Assembly: GCA_951406725.2 (NCBI GenBank)
Contig: OX597817.1
Span: 95,542,001-95,606,000, forward strand
Source: Octopus vulgaris
Taxonomy: Eukaryota
Length of the DNA: 64,000 nt
Direction of reading: 5' to 3'
Below, piece after piece: positions 1-13,291 of the stretch (position 1 is the stretch's first letter; each line of letters starts with the position of its first letter). Under the pieces are notes generated by a model that was not told the DNA's origin, searched no databases, and saw only the letters and a program-made list of their open reading frames with translations. The translations under genes were made by a program, and so were the position numbers.

Positions 1-500
1 TCTCTTCCTTCTCTTGTATATTGTAGTTCTGAAGCCATTGCTGTTGTGGATGGAGACTTTGAAGGGCACCTCATACTAATTGGGTTACAGGAGATCAGTG
101 TCTGTATATTCGGGTGACGTCAATGTCATATTTTCTGACACTTCGTACATAAAAGCATTCCACACCATACTCGAAGAGTACCAGAATTAAACATTTATAC
201 ATATGAACTTTGACAAATCAATGCCAGCCAGCGGTGATTTCTGCCGCTGACCTGAGGGCCTGCATAAGGTAATAGGAATCTGGCACGAACCGGACCCCTA
301 GATAGATAAGAACTAGGAAATGTCTCGAGCAGGGTGGCCATACTCACTCAGAAATTGAAGAGGGAAGTTGTTCTTCAAAGGTTGCGTGGAAGCGCCTAAG
401 ACATACATTGGTTTGGTAGTTTATTACCATCAAAACGCAAGAAATATCAAACTAGCCTGGTGAGCATGCTTTTCTGCTTCGCATGGAAGAAACAGACTCT
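1..500 (+). mobile_element. Degenerate Tx1/L1-clade LINE ORF2 fragment (RT core)
   Basis: Frame 2 reads LFLLLYIVVLKPLLLWMETLKG then VSVYSGDVNVI (decayed YADD). Similar to the better-preserved copy at 6877-7575. Confidence 0.6.
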
Positions 501-1249
501 GGTGATTCATGTGTTACCAACACTCTCTCCAGACTCGTCTCAGGATACCATCACTGATGATGCCCGAACCGTCACTGTAGACATCACACATGCAGAAATA
601 TCATTACTATTGTGACTCTGGCGATAACTAAGAAAGCAAAAGCGAATTGGTGTGGGCGCTTTTTGTATGACAGTTCTCTTTGATAGAACTGTAATCGAAA
701 TTGGGCGTCTAATATCAAGATAGTTGCTAGGCTCTCTCATCACTCTACTAGCTGGACAATCCCGTTGGCGGGAAAACAACTATTGCATTCAATTGCAGGT
801 TAGTGGAACGTATGACCGACGATGGTCTGAGAACAACTTTGGGCATTCACAAGATCAGCATGAGCAATCTCTTCAGAGACTATAAACAACTTTCGAAAGT
901 TCTAGGCATGACAATGCTCCAGGGGTAAAATTACCTGTTCAAGACAACCTATAAAGGCACAAAAATGCCAAAAGCTGAATCTGACCGAGATGCACGTAGG
1001 ATGCGAAACTGAAAGGCGGCATTTTCCTACCAACTTCCAATGTCCGTAAACTATTGAGTCATGGCTATGCGCCGAATAGTTGCTATTACGCGCGGGATTA
1101 ATCATACGAGTCTATAGAAAAAACGACCTACCACTTCGCTTTGGCAAGGAAGGGCGCCTAATTTTCCTCTATCCTGTGGCTATGATGAAAGAAATTGTGC
1201 GATAGGCTTCTCTGAAACGATTGAAGATAACCATTTTCCTCTCTAGTAA

Positions 1250-3335
1250 AGCTCTCATCAACTTCGAGTATTATTTCTAGAGAAAGGTGAACATGGAGAG
1301 TGAAGGGTGGTGTTAAGTTATCCTTTTCTATCTTGTCGATCATATCCATGCTTAGAATAGGCAGGTAAATGCACGAGGCCTGAGGCGGTTTTCTTAGGGA
1401 TGTCCTGCTCTTTACTGTTGGTGGGCGGCTGGAATGCTATCTTGGATGCATGTTTGGAGTGTGTTGGGTTAGCTTGATAGGAGAAGAGGATGTAAAAGCC
1501 CTTCATACTTGCTCAGACGGTTTCAGCTGCCTGACAAGCATCAACTGGATTTTACGAATGTACCAGGGTGGGCATGAACAAAAAGCATCGGAACATCTAG
1601 GTCATATCTAGTTAGAATATTCTGTAGGTCAATAGACAGGGATAGCATAGGTTGTACACTCTGTAAAATCAACGGCTACACAGACCACAAATTTGTGATC
1701 TGTACGATCGACCTTGATATACTTCATAGGCAGGAACCCGGTTCGTGGAAGCTGAACGCGTCGCTTCCAGATTACTAAACTTGTTAGGTGTATGTTAACG
1801 GGGTCAATCATCAACAATAAATGGCAATTCATCCTGAAAAGGGCAATTAGAGTAGAATCTATTAGGCTTAGTAAGGTCGCAGCCATAGAGAAAAACAGAA
1901 TAGAGGTAAATTAGAAACTTGTCAGAGGCTCTTAGAAAAGGTATCGCAACCGACGTGCACGCGGCGATATCGGCCCTCATCTAATTCTTCAGCATGAAAC
2001 ATATAGGATGCATGAGAGGACGAAAAGCAGCTCATGGAGCCGAGTGAAAGAAGTACTACAAGACTGCAAAACCACAATTTGATATTTGGAGGGCCATAAT
2101 GAGTGCGTGTTCCTCGACACTAAACAGATGAATGCGATTTTTGCAGCAGCATTTCGCGCGACTGTTTGGCAAGAGAGGCGGAGTGTTGCAAAAAGCCGAT
2201 AACATCATTAGAGATACCTTCCATAGCTGGCAGCAGAAAAGGAGGATTCCTAATTCTGTGAGTCGGGAAGTGTTGGCACTATCAAGAATGGCTCCGATCA
2301 AGGGAAATCACACTGATAATTTTCGACCCGTAACTCTGCTAATCGCAGATTTTAAAGGTTTGTCCATGGTGTTAGCAAAGAGGGTCTGATTGGTGATGTG
2401 CAAACATGCGCCATCCTAAGCAGATATATCTACGACAATCTCTACCTTATGCGATGGCATGGGTAATGGTTTAATCAACTGACACCAATCAAAAGCTTCT
2501 ATAGGGTCGACCACCAATATTTGGCGGCCTGTTTCGGTCCCGCATTCTACGGTTGGATTGCTGTAATGTACAACATCTGCTCGGAGGTTCGGGTGAATGG
2601 CACCCAATCGGAACCATACAGCATCATACAGTCGGTCCATCCAGGTTATCTTCTCTCGCCTCTTCCGTATGTACTGACTCTAAAACCACTGTTCCAAAAC
2701 TGCAGACATTGAGGAGCATTCCGCACGAAATAGGTCGTGGAAGAACCGTGTCGGCAACGCAGACGACGTTACCATCATAGTATCGGACACCAGATACATA
2801 GATCTGATCGGTCCTGCTCTAAAAGAATACCATGCATTGACAGGAACAAAAATCAACCAAAAAAGTCAGTGGGCTTGTAGCTCGGCATCTGGGGTACAAG
2901 TTCATGCCGTCCAATAGCGTCGTAGGACGCTGAATAGACGGACCGGTTAAATTGCTCGAGACCTCCAAGTGGAGAAGAACTAGGACGAGATGACGAGCAG
3001 GGTAGCCAAACTCACCCTGAAATGGGTCAAGAGAAAGCTTACCTTGAAAAGTTGGGCAAGGTGGTGAATGCACACATCGCCTCCGTCCCGCCTATTTCCT
3101 GACCATTGTGCTCCGCCCCGCTTCACGTCTGACCAGATTGGAGCGCCTATTTTCCCACTTCCTTTTGACAGGATACGTTCCACTGATCAGGCGCTCCATT
3201 TGTTATCAACACCCACTAAGTGGAGGACTGGGGATGACGTAGCTGTTGGTGCACACAGACATGCTCTATGGCTGCAACATCTCCAGCGCTTCCTTGTCGG
3301 TGAACAACTATAGTCGCCGTTTGTCAGACAACTTG
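1250..3335 (+). mobile_element. Degenerate Tx1/L1-clade LINE ORF2 (APE endonuclease + RT)
   Basis: APE motifs LLVGGWNAILD (~1410-1445), GYTDHKFV (~1675) and GSWKLNASL (~1740). RT motifs NFRPVTLLIADFKGL (ORF 2132-2389) and LLSPLPYVLTLKPL (~2650). Many stops and frameshifts. Confidence 0.75.
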
Positions 3336-3667
3336 CCTCGTTCCGTGTTTAAATAGCACCAGTTTAATTTGTCTTTCATCCTGATAATTCGGTTAAATAA
3401 GTATTAATCAAGTACGGTATTGGAATAAATCGACAAGATTTATATTTTGCAACATTTATTTAAGCATATAGCAAAATCAGGATTGCGTCGAACCTTTGGT
3501 TTTACACACTTATTTCAAATTTCATTGCGGTCGGCTTTGTGTTTCTACCTTCAGGAGTCTATAAAATAATTACTAGTCAAGTACTACATCACTTCATCAA
3601 CATTTCTGGCTTTGCGTGTATGCTAAAAACCATTATTATTGTCTTGACGATACTTTTGCAGATTTTA

Positions 3668-3879
3668 AGTTCAAATTTTAGCACAAGGCCAGAAATTTCG
3701 ACGGAGGGGCTAAGTCGATCAAATCGACACCAATGCTCAACTGGTGCTTATTTCATCGATCCCGAAAGAGATGAAAGACAGTCAATCTTGGCAGAATTTG
3801 GACTCAGGAAGTACAAGCGGACGAAATGTCACTTATCATTTTGCCTGGCGTGCTCACTATCCCGACAACTCGCCGCCTT
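3668..3879 (-). mobile_element. tRNA-derived SINE, family A (central CTTTCATCCTTTCGGGGTCGATAAAATAAGTACCAG-type domain)
   Basis: Matches other copies in the window (9.0-10.0, 37.1, 47.0, 49.5, 58.8-59.6 kb). tRNA-like head on the minus strand; imperfect TGCAGAT direct repeats at the flanks. Confidence 0.75.
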
Positions 3880-4423
3880 TCGTCTGCAGATATTGAATAG
3901 TTTTTGTAAACTTTTACACAGTTCTATCCCTTCTAAGTTTTCTTAGTTTTTTTTTGTAATGTTTGTACAAAAACTTAGTATACAAAAAAAAAAACGAAAC
4001 AAAAAGAAACTTACTTTTTTCTTTAATGCAGTATGTTGTTCCCTGAAAAATGAAAAAAAAAAAAAAAAAAAAAAACGTAAGCATTTATTAAAATTTTAAT
4101 TTATTCTCATTTAGAAAAGTAAAATTTCAAATTACAGGTATAGAGAACATCTAAATGTACTTTATACACATAAATGCTTAAAATAATAACTTCATGGGTA
4201 GATTCAAGTAATATTAATAGTATATTAAAGGTGCTTAGTCAATCATTAAGTGAGATAAAATTTGAAAATGATATCCTACAATATTATTCCCCAACCATTG
4301 AAAAGCTCTGACAATATTTACTCCATCAAAACCAGGAAGTAATAACTTGTATAACAACTTTCCTACTTCATTTGTTTGGGCAGTCGGAAATGTAAAATTC
4401 ACAACTCTGCCAGTGCGCAACCT

Positions 4424-4475
4424 TAATGATGATGATGATAATAATAATAATAATAATAATAATGATGATGATAAT

Positions 4476-4539
<64 letters not shown>

Positions 4540-4614
4540 TTGATGATGATGATGATGACGATGACGACGACGACGACAATGATGATGATAATAATAATAA
4601 TGATGATGATGATG

Positions 4615-4682
<68 letters not shown>
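4424..4682. repeat. Compound trinucleotide microsatellite (AAT/GAT/GAC)n, target of the adjacent R4/Dong element
   Basis: Directly visible. Confidence 0.95.
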
Positions 4683-4687
<5 letters not shown>

Positions 4688-6204
4688 CAAATATTTAGGG
4701 ATAAATGAAGGCTCTGGTATTCAGCATGCAAGCATGAAAGAGAAGATCAGGAAGGAATGTTATAGGAGAGTTCGTGCAGTCCTGAAATCTGAACTAAATG
4801 CACGTAACAAGGTGTTAGCTATAAATTCCTTAGCAGTTCCAGTTGTTACTTATAGCTACAATGTGTTGAACTGGAATATGAGTGAAGTAAAGACTATAGA
4901 TAGGAAAATACGCAAGCTGCTGAGTTGTAATAGGATGCACCACCCAAAGGCAGACGTAGATCGCCTTTACCTTCCCAGAGCCCAAGGAGGTCGAGGCCTG
5001 ATCCAATTTGAACTAGCTTACAAAACAACCACAATTGGACTGGCCAAATATCTCGAAATATCGAATGACTGGATGCTAAAGCTCGTGGAAAATCACGAGA
5101 GACGAAAGAAGCTTCATTCTATCATAAAGGAAAGCAAAAAATGTGCTATTGATCTCGTGCAGGATACCCAAACAGAACAACCCGAGGGAAGTACGGCAAT
5201 TATTGTTGCAAAGAAGGTGAAAATAATGGCAACGAAAAAAGCGCACGAGCAATTGGCTGATAGGTGGGAGGAGAAACCTCTGCACGGCAAATATGTGACC
5301 CGCAGCAAACAAGCTGATGTTGACCAGAAGCAAACCCATCAGTGGCTACGGAGCTCAGGGCTAAAAGCAGAGAGCGAAGGTTTCATCCTGGCTGCTCAAG
5401 ATCAAAGCCTATTAACCCGGAACTACCAGGCCAATGTGATGAAAAATGGAGCAGACCCAAAATGCCGATTCTGCAACGACATGATTGAAACAGTGGACCA
5501 CCTAATCTCTGGATGTAAAGTCTTAGCTCCAGTGGAGTATAAATTAAGACATGACAGAGTTGGCCAATATCTACACTGGCTAATAAGTCGGCATTACAAT
5601 ATCAAAACTGCCGACAAGTGGTATAATCACCACCCTGAGGCTGTAACTGAAGGAGAAAATGTAACGATTCTGTGGGACTTTCCAGTACATACAGACCGAA
5701 CCATCAAGGCCAATAAACCAGATATTGTTGTGAAAGACCAAAACAATAAAGTTTGCTTATTGATCGACATGAGCATCCCCTGTGATCATAATATCTCAGC
5801 GAAAGAGTTTGACAAGCTCAGAAAATATAAAGACCTACTCATTGAAATTGAGAAAATGTGGCATCTCAAGGCGATTACAATACCAGTGATCGTAGGAGCA
5901 CTAGGAATGATCAAGAAGGGAACCGAAAATTATATGAGAATGATCCCTGGCTTACCATCCCTGCAAGAAGTGCAAAAGATTGTCTTAACTGGTACATCAC
6001 ACGTATTGAGAAGAGCATTGTCGATGTGAGAACTGTTGCTGCTCATGTATTTTAATTTAACTTAAAAAAAAAAAAAAAAAAATGAACGAACTATTGAGTT
6101 TGGTTTAATGGCCTACCAATGTATACTATGAGTTTCTTTGCCCTAGGAGTCGGGAAGACACTCGGCAAGAAATGGAAGCAAATTTGAAAGAAGAAAAAAA
6201 AAAG
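4683..6204 (+). mobile_element. 5'-truncated R4/Dong-clade non-LTR retrotransposon (RT thumb, CCHC knuckle, RLE, 3' UTR) inserted in (TAA)n
   Basis: Uninterrupted frame 4683-6029 with KYKYLG, GGRGL, CRFC..HLISGC, RHD and KPDIVV..LIDMSIP..K..KY (PD-(D/E)xK). TAA repeats on both sides, the known Dong target. Confidence 0.9.
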
Positions 6205-6229
6205 TAATAATAATAATAATAATAATAAT

Positions 6230-6435
6230 GTCCCTGATGATGATGGGTACAAGTACCTTGGAATCCTAGAGCTGGACAATATCTTGCACAAAGAAATGAA
6301 AGACAATGTCATCACTGCATATTTCAAGCGCCTCAAACTTCTCTTGAAATCAAAGCTCAACTAAAGGAACCTTATGTCTGCCATCAACATATGGGTTGTT
6401 GCTGTAGTCTGCTATAGTGCACCCATCCTGGAATT
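6230..6435 (+). mobile_element. Second R4/Dong-family fragment (RT thumb)
   Basis: VPDDDGYKYLGILELDNILHKEMKDNV..YFKRLKLLLKSKLN*RNLMSAINIW directly after (TAA)n at 6205-6229. Confidence 0.8.
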
Positions 6436-8035
6436 ACACCGTGAAACCCAAAAATTAAAAGACCGAGAAGCATCATGGAGGTGGCTCAAATAGCTGTTCG
6501 ACATAAACCCATAGTTCAGCAATACTCGGACACTGGACGAAAGCGTGCAGAACGGTTTCGTCGTCCTGGCAGCACCTCGGGCAGGCCCGGCTGACGGCAC
6601 TTCCGTGCCGGTAGAGTTTATCCCGAACAGGCAGAGCCCCTCGGTAACACTGCTAGGCGAGGGATCTCTGGAAATTATCCATTGGCCCCGGCCCGAAAGT
6701 CCTTCCGAACAGACTGCTCAGCTCGTTATCGTCAACGCCTAGAGTTTCCCGAGAACGTCGTCGCACTTTTCTTCCACTAACCCTCAAGAGTGGAACTACT
6801 ACCGATCGCATTGCCCGCTTGGCAGAGGGCAGAGAGAGCTTGATGGCACTCGAGGTGCCAAGCGCCCTTTCTCGGTCTACGTTTGACCCAGGTCTGCAGC
6901 TCTGACAAAAGACGACCACACCTGTTCACAGTCTAGGAAACGCTTGAGATACCGTAGCCTGAGCGCATGTCTGCGCATCAGTAACCACGACATGCCAAGG
7001 CCTCCGTTCAGCGGTCGTTGACAGCAGATGGATCGCCTGACCAGTGGCAACTGACCCTTCCACAAAAAGTTGAAGAGCAGGCGTACCAGCTTGGCCAACC
7101 AGCGGTCGGGACAAGGGACGACGGTCAAGCGGTAATAGATGACGGATGCGATGTACGCATCCGCCACCTCCGCTCTACCTTTCAGGGACAGCTTCCTCTC
7201 GGCCCATTTCTGGGTGAGATTGGCCACCCTGCTCGTCACTTCTTCCCAGTTTTTATCTACATGGAGGTCCGGACCGAACCAGATCCCTAGCAGTTTAACG
7301 GGTCCGTCTGTCCAGCGCCCTACGACGCTGTTGGACGGCATGGACTTGCCTCTCCAGGTGCCCAATTGCAAGCCCACGGACTTTTCCGCGTTAATTTTTG
7401 CCCCTGTCACCGCTTCGTACTCGTTCAGCGTCTCGCCAATCAGGCCAATGTGCCTGTGGCTCGACACCATCACGGTGACGTCGTCGGCATAGGCAGACAC
7501 TCTGTTTCCACCTCCTAGATCGCACGGGATACCCCTCAAAGCCTCCAACTTGCGCAATAATGGCTCGAAAGTCAATACCTACAAGAGGGAGGAGAGGGCG
7601 TCCTTGGCGGACCGAACGCGAGATGTCAAACGGCTCTGAAAGGTAACCGTTCACCCGTATTACCGAGCATAAAGCAGTGATCCACCCGCGGAAGACTGGA
7701 CCGAAACCGTCTGCTTTGAGAACAGCTACCAGGTACCCATCCTCTCTATGATGTAGTGCATGAGATGGAGATTATCGTGTATCGACCTGGTCGGCACGGC
7801 GTATGTCTGCGCCTTGCCAATCAGCTTGTCCATGACAAGCGCCAATCTCTTGGCTAAAACCTTGGCCAAAATCTTCAACTCTGCATTGAGCAGAGTGATG
7901 GGCCGAAAGTTGGCTAAATCTCTTGGCTAAAACCTTGGCCAAAATCTTCAACTCTGCATTGAGCAGAGTGATGGGCCGAAAGTTCCATATAATGTCCCCC
8001 TTGTTTGGTTCCTTTCTCAGCAAATGCACCACTCC
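6436..8035 (-). mobile_element. Tx1/L1-clade LINE ORF2 fragment (RT and C-terminal region)
   Basis: NFRPITLLNAELKILAKVLAKR, SVRQG, AYADDV and KINAEKS..GGLG in ORFs 7772-8032, 7391-7654 and 6877-7575. Contains an internal 73-bp-period duplication. Confidence 0.88.
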
Positions 8036-8065
8036 TCAACAAACAAAAGCAGGAATTCTCCCGTT

Positions 8066-8339
8066 CAGTTGAGCATGCCCCTTGGAAGAAGACAATATGC
8101 GCATCTTTGATCATGAGCAGAATTAGCAGGGAGCATCATAGCCATGTGTTGAAAGGAATTCTTTGGGGTTTGAATAATTCATCTCTAGAAACATGGGTGT
8201 TTCGTTCCTCATCCTTAAAATAACCCTGATTCAGGGACCTTTTAAGCAGGAGGGCTACTCGACCAGAAGAAAATTCTCACTGACTTCGTATATTTGTACC
8301 CCAGAGTCACTTTGATGGCATGCACTGCTGTCTCACTCA

Positions 8340-8340
<1 letters not shown>
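8066..8340 (+). mobile_element. 3' part of a non-coding (TAA)n-terminated repeat (same family as 48929-49340)
   Basis: Clear similarity to 49088-49340; ends CTCACTC followed by (TAA)n. Confidence 0.7.
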
Positions 8341-8421
<81 letters not shown>

Positions 8422-8433
8422 CTACTACTACTT

Positions 8434-8527
<94 letters not shown>
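8341..8527. repeat. (AAT)n-(ACT)n-(AAT)n microsatellite
   Basis: Directly visible. Confidence 0.95.
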
Positions 8528-8530
<3 letters not shown>

Positions 8531-8819
8531 TTTCAATATTAACCACTAAGCATCTAGAATGGTACAGGACGATACAATGTGTGATTACATAAAAAAACAT
8601 GTAAAAAGGAAAATGACAGAAAAATTCAAACTCGTTGGTATACTTGGGTCAGACTAATTATGGAAATCCTTCGAAATCACATTCAGCATGACCGCACCTC
8701 CAAAACAAGTACCCACACCTAGTTGTCCTCTTCTTTTATACAGGTGCATGCTCAGTGCATGCCAGTTCACCCGGACTGTGTTCGCCACTCGCATCAAGCT
8801 TTCATCTATAATAATAGTT

Positions 8820-9185
8820 TATAATTCAGGCATATAGCTAGTAATTTTAGTAGATGGAGATTAGTCAACGACATCGATCCCAATAATTGACTGGTACTTT
8901 ATTTTATCGAAAAGCAAAAGTTGACCGTGGTAAGATTTGAACTCAGGATGTAAAGAAGCAGAATAGATACCGGGAAATTTTTAACGACGCTCTAACAATT
9001 CTGCCAAACCACCGCTCTAATAATAATAATGATGCTTTCTACTATAGGCACAAGGCCTGAAATTTTGGAGAGGGAATAGTCGATTACATCGACTCCTGTG
9101 CGTAACTGGTACTTATTTTAACGACCCCGAAAGGATGAAAGGAAAAGTGGACCATGACGGAATTTGAAATCAGAACGTAATGAGC
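8820..9185 (-). mobile_element. Two degenerate or partial family A SINE copies
   Basis: ACATCGA..CTGGTAC..TTTGAA motifs occur twice. Confidence 0.65.
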
Positions 9186-9477
9186 TGCCAAGCATTTTAC
9201 CCAATTCGCCAATGTTTTTGCTAGTTGGCCACAAAGTCACAAATTTGAAGGTTGGTGTTAATAAATTAAAGAAAGGTAAAGTTGACCTCAGAAAGCACAC
9301 ACACGTGCGCGCATGCAAGCGCACACATGCACACACCCATGCACGTACGCACGCACGTGTACACACACACATACATGCACGCATACATACATACATACAT
9401 ACATACATACACACACACGCACGCACGCACACACACATTCACACACGCACACACAACTATATATATATATATAAAAA

Positions 9478-10045
9478 ATTATTTATTGCCCACAAGGGGC
9501 TAAACATAGAGGGGACAAACAAGGACAGATAAAGGGACTAAATCGATTACATCGACCCTAGTGCGTAACTGGTACTTATTTAATCGGCGGAATTTGAGAT
9601 CAGAACGTAGCGGCAGAAGAAATACCTATTTCTTTACTACCCACAAGGGGCTAAACACAGAGGAGACAAACAAGGACAAACAGACGGATTAAGTCGATTA
9701 TATCGACCCCAGTGCATAACTGGTACTTAATTTATCGACCCCGAAAGGATGAAAGGCAAAGTCGACCTCGGCGGAATTTGAACTCAGAACGTAGCGGCAG
9801 ACGAAATACCTATTTCTTTACTACCCACAAGGGCCTAAACACAGAGAGGACAGACAAGGACAGACAAACGGATTAAGTCGATTATATGGACCCCAGTGCG
9901 TAACTGGTACTTTTTTAATCGACCTCGAAAGGATGAAAGGAAAAGTGGACCTCGGCGGAATTTGAACTCAGAACGTAGCGGCAGACGAAAAACCGCTAAG
10001 CATTTCGCCCGACGTGCTAACGTTTCTACCAGCTCACCGGCTTCA
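9478..10045 (-). mobile_element. Head-to-tail trimer of family A SINE with Tx1-like tail
   Basis: Three units of up to ~190 bp with the repeated junction GAAATACCTATTTCTTTACTACCCACAAGGG. A full tRNA head is present only on the rightmost unit. Confidence 0.85.
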
Positions 10046-10235
10046 AACATACAACTATATATATGCAGCCTCTAGACGCAGTCACGGTTGTGAATTTGGG
10101 AAGTTCCCTTTATACTTATATGGTTCCTGGATCGATCTCACTTTGATGTTTTCGAGCATAGTTCTGTTGACTTATGTCGTATGTTATGCATATATATGTT
10201 ATGTATATTATGTATGAATATTATGTGTATGTACA

Positions 10236-10317
<82 letters not shown>

Positions 10318-10318
<1 letters not shown>

Positions 10319-10495
10319 GGTCAATAATTATTAAAAAAGATAACAAAAAGAACAGAAGTTTGACGAATACGGTATTATATTGACGCTTCGAAATTTAAAA
10401 TGAATGTGGAGAATCTTAGCGTTTCGGACGTCCTACTTCAGAAAAGAAAAATATATAGAGAAAACAAAGAGAGGAAATATGTGTATAAATATATT
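10318..10495 (-). mobile_element. Penelope-type terminal repeat fragment with decayed hammerhead-like motif
   Basis: Minus strand CTGAAGTA-GGAC-GTCC-GAAACG at 10420-10441. Resembles 57543-57700 and abuts (TG)n. Confidence 0.4.
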
Positions 10496-11101
10496 CCTCA
10501 GATGCAGGGATAGAGAAAACTATAACCCCCTCTTCAGCTTTCTCTGAAGACTTTGCGGTCATCAGGACGACTCACCCAAAATGAAATTGACAGGACAATT
10601 GCCAACTTTGTCTCCGCGAAAGACTGCATATTCTGTAACAAGCTGCTGTGTCTAGCAACAAGAATAATGATCTACCTTATTGTTCCCATCAGAGGTATAC
10701 CCTACTGATGAACTGCAAGCGACTGGCTGCCGATAATCCGGATAGACTTGATATACCCTAACCTAGCCTCTTATCTCCCACTATTCCATTCGTTTTGTCT
10801 TCCTCTTAAGCTTTATCTCTTGCTATCTATTTAAAAATATAATTTAGCATTAATTGTTTTATGACTCATATACAAGGAAAATCTGGTTATACCTAGATAT
10901 GCTTTCACTCTCTTATTTATTGCCAAACGGAGAGGGTCAACACTCATCCAACATCTTGGAACATTTTCCCGAACCAAATTTTAAATTTTAAATTCACCCG
11001 AGGAAAATGGTTTTTCTCACGATATGATCGAATTATTCACCAATAAAAGACGCATCTGAAACAGCTGTAGTGAAGCTGTCATTCTTTCTTTTTTCTTTTT
11101 T

Positions 11102-11164
<63 letters not shown>

Positions 11165-11298
11165 CTCTCTCCCCCCTCTCTCTCTATATATATTGCTGAT
11201 TTAAACCCAAGCAATTATTGTAATACCTATTACGTTACGTCAGTTGACATACAAGCGCGCGCACACACACACACGCACATATACATGCATATATATGT

Positions 11299-11675
11299 GG
11301 AGGCGCATTGGCCCAGTATTTAGGGCAGAGGACTCGCGGTCATAGGACGGCGGTTTCGATTCCCAGACCGGGCGTTGTGAGTGTTTGTTGAGCGAAAATA
11401 TCTAAAGCTCCACGAGGCTCCTTGGGGTGGTGGCGAACCCTGCTGTACTCTTTCACCACAACTTTCTCTCACTCTTTCTTCTGTTGTTCTGCTTGCTTAG
11501 CCATCGGGGTGGTATATTGATTTCCTCTTAAATTAGCTGTTTGACAAAAGATGCCGATAGGATGTACTAGGCTTACAAAAAGTAAATCCTGGGGTCAATT
11601 TCTTGGATTACACCCTTCAAGGCAGTGCAGCAGCATGTCCGCCGTCAGTTGACTGAAACAAGTGAAAGAATGAAA

Positions 11676-11679
<4 letters not shown>
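11299..11679 (+). mobile_element. tRNA-derived SINE family C head joined to a family B-type 3' tail
   Basis: A box TGGCCCAGT and B box GTTTCGATTCC; head matches 55743-55940. The 3' end TGACTGAAACAAGTGAAAGA matches the CORE-type SINE at 51130-51255. Confidence 0.75.
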
Positions 11680-11746
<67 letters not shown>

Positions 11747-11749
<3 letters not shown>

Positions 11750-12214
11750 CCTTAAAGCCTTGAAACTCTACTCTCTCCAGCATCGCCGTGAGCGGTACAT
11801 CATCTGTACGATGTGGAGAATATACGACCAACTTTGCCCAAACGACCAGAACATTAGTTTCAAGGTTCATCCAAGGCTGGGACCACGGGCCATACGTCCT
11901 CTACCCAATTCAGGATCACAGCATATAGGTACACTGCAACATAATTTCTTTTCCTCAACAGGCCCTGCCCTATTTAACATTGTCCCGAAAGATATCAAAG
12001 ACGAAAAGAATCCAATCAACTTTAAACGGAGTCTGGAAAGATTTCTTCAAGGAATACCGAATAGGACACCCATACCTGGATACAACTCACTCAACAAGAA
12101 CTCACTACTTGAATGGACCATAAACAAAACTTGACTTAAACAGGATTTAGATAATCCTATCAGGTGGTGCTATTAAGTTAGACATGGCCTGGACCAATCT
12201 TTGGTCGAAACATA
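11747..12214 (+). mobile_element. CR1/L2-group LINE 3' end
   Basis: LKLYSLQHRRERY..GPALFNIVP..FKRSLERFLQGIP..NSL C-terminus, then a 3' stem-loop GACCAATCTTTGGTC. Confidence 0.75.
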
Positions 12215-12549
12215 TCAATATCTATAAATCCGAAATGCGAAAAGTTTGTTTGACTGGTTTTGGCATTGGAACGGGTTAAAGGCCACTACATCCCGTCGGA
12301 TTGACTCCAAAATTTACAGGGACATGTAAAATGAAGTGAGGATGTGAGTGGGCCAGGTTAGAAATCCCTATTTTAAAAGGTGTGGTTACTAGGGCAAAAA
12401 ACGCACACTTTGACAAGTCTCCTCTCATTCTCTTATCTGCATGTCTTCCTCTGTCTCTCTCTGTTTCCTCCCTTCCTTTCACTTTCTCTCTATAAGGATG
12501 TTTGACAGATACTACTATCTTTCTCCGCTACAGATACTACTATCTTTCT

Positions 12550-12589
<40 letters not shown>

Positions 12590-12601
12590 GTATATATAAT
12601 G

Positions 12602-12649
<48 letters not shown>

Positions 12650-12678
12650 ATGCGTATATATGTACATATATATATTTA

Positions 12679-12755
<77 letters not shown>

Positions 12756-13291
12756 GTGTGCATTATGTGGTCGGTTGAGCTGAAAATATGCACATCTATG
12801 TTAAAAGTGCTGGCGAGTTTGCATGGCAACTATTCTTTTCCTCAAATGAAAGGCGTGACCTCTACGACAAAATTCCTCATCTTTTAAAATGTGGCCCGAA
12901 TAGACCCGAATGTAATCGGCTTATATTAATCAAACAAGTAAAACAATGAAAAACTATGCCATTTTAATCCCAAGTAAGGTTGGGTATCTCTGTAGGTCTA
13001 CTACATATTTGTGAAAAGGGCAGACGTTGTCTGACAAGTAGTTATACAGGCAAAAGTGTTAGTAAATATGGTAGGATTCAGTTGAAAATTTGCACACCTA
13101 TGTTAAAAGTCCTGGCGTGTTTGCTTGGCAACTTTGTGTTTGCTCAATTGAAAGGTATGGCCTCTAGGGCAAAATTCCTCCTCCTTAAAATGTGGCCCGC
13201 GTAGATCCGAATGAAATTGAGTTATTATACCGAAACAAATAAAACAATGATAAACTTTTTTAATCCCGAGCAAGACCGGGTTTCTCTGCTA
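12215..13291 (+). mobile_element. Non-autonomous Helitron A with duplicated 3' region
   Basis: Starts A|TC. Two terminal-like hairpins (CCCAA..TTGGG ~12970; CCCG..CGGG-TTTCTCTGCTA 13265-13291). Segments 12775-12995 and 13080-13291 are tandem paralogs. Confidence 0.6.

Noticed and set aside
548-585. CTGATGA..GAACCGTC hammerhead-like string
   Set aside because: There is no helix I or II pairing and GAAA is broken.
4347-4682. Poly-Asn/Asp N-terminus of the 560-aa ORF as a real protein domain
   Set aside because: It is the in-frame reading of the target microsatellite from a TTG start; retrotransposon homology begins at 4683.
10700-10748. CTGATGA..GATAATCCGGATA hammerhead-like string
   Set aside because: GAAA is altered and helix I does not pair; at best a very old relic.
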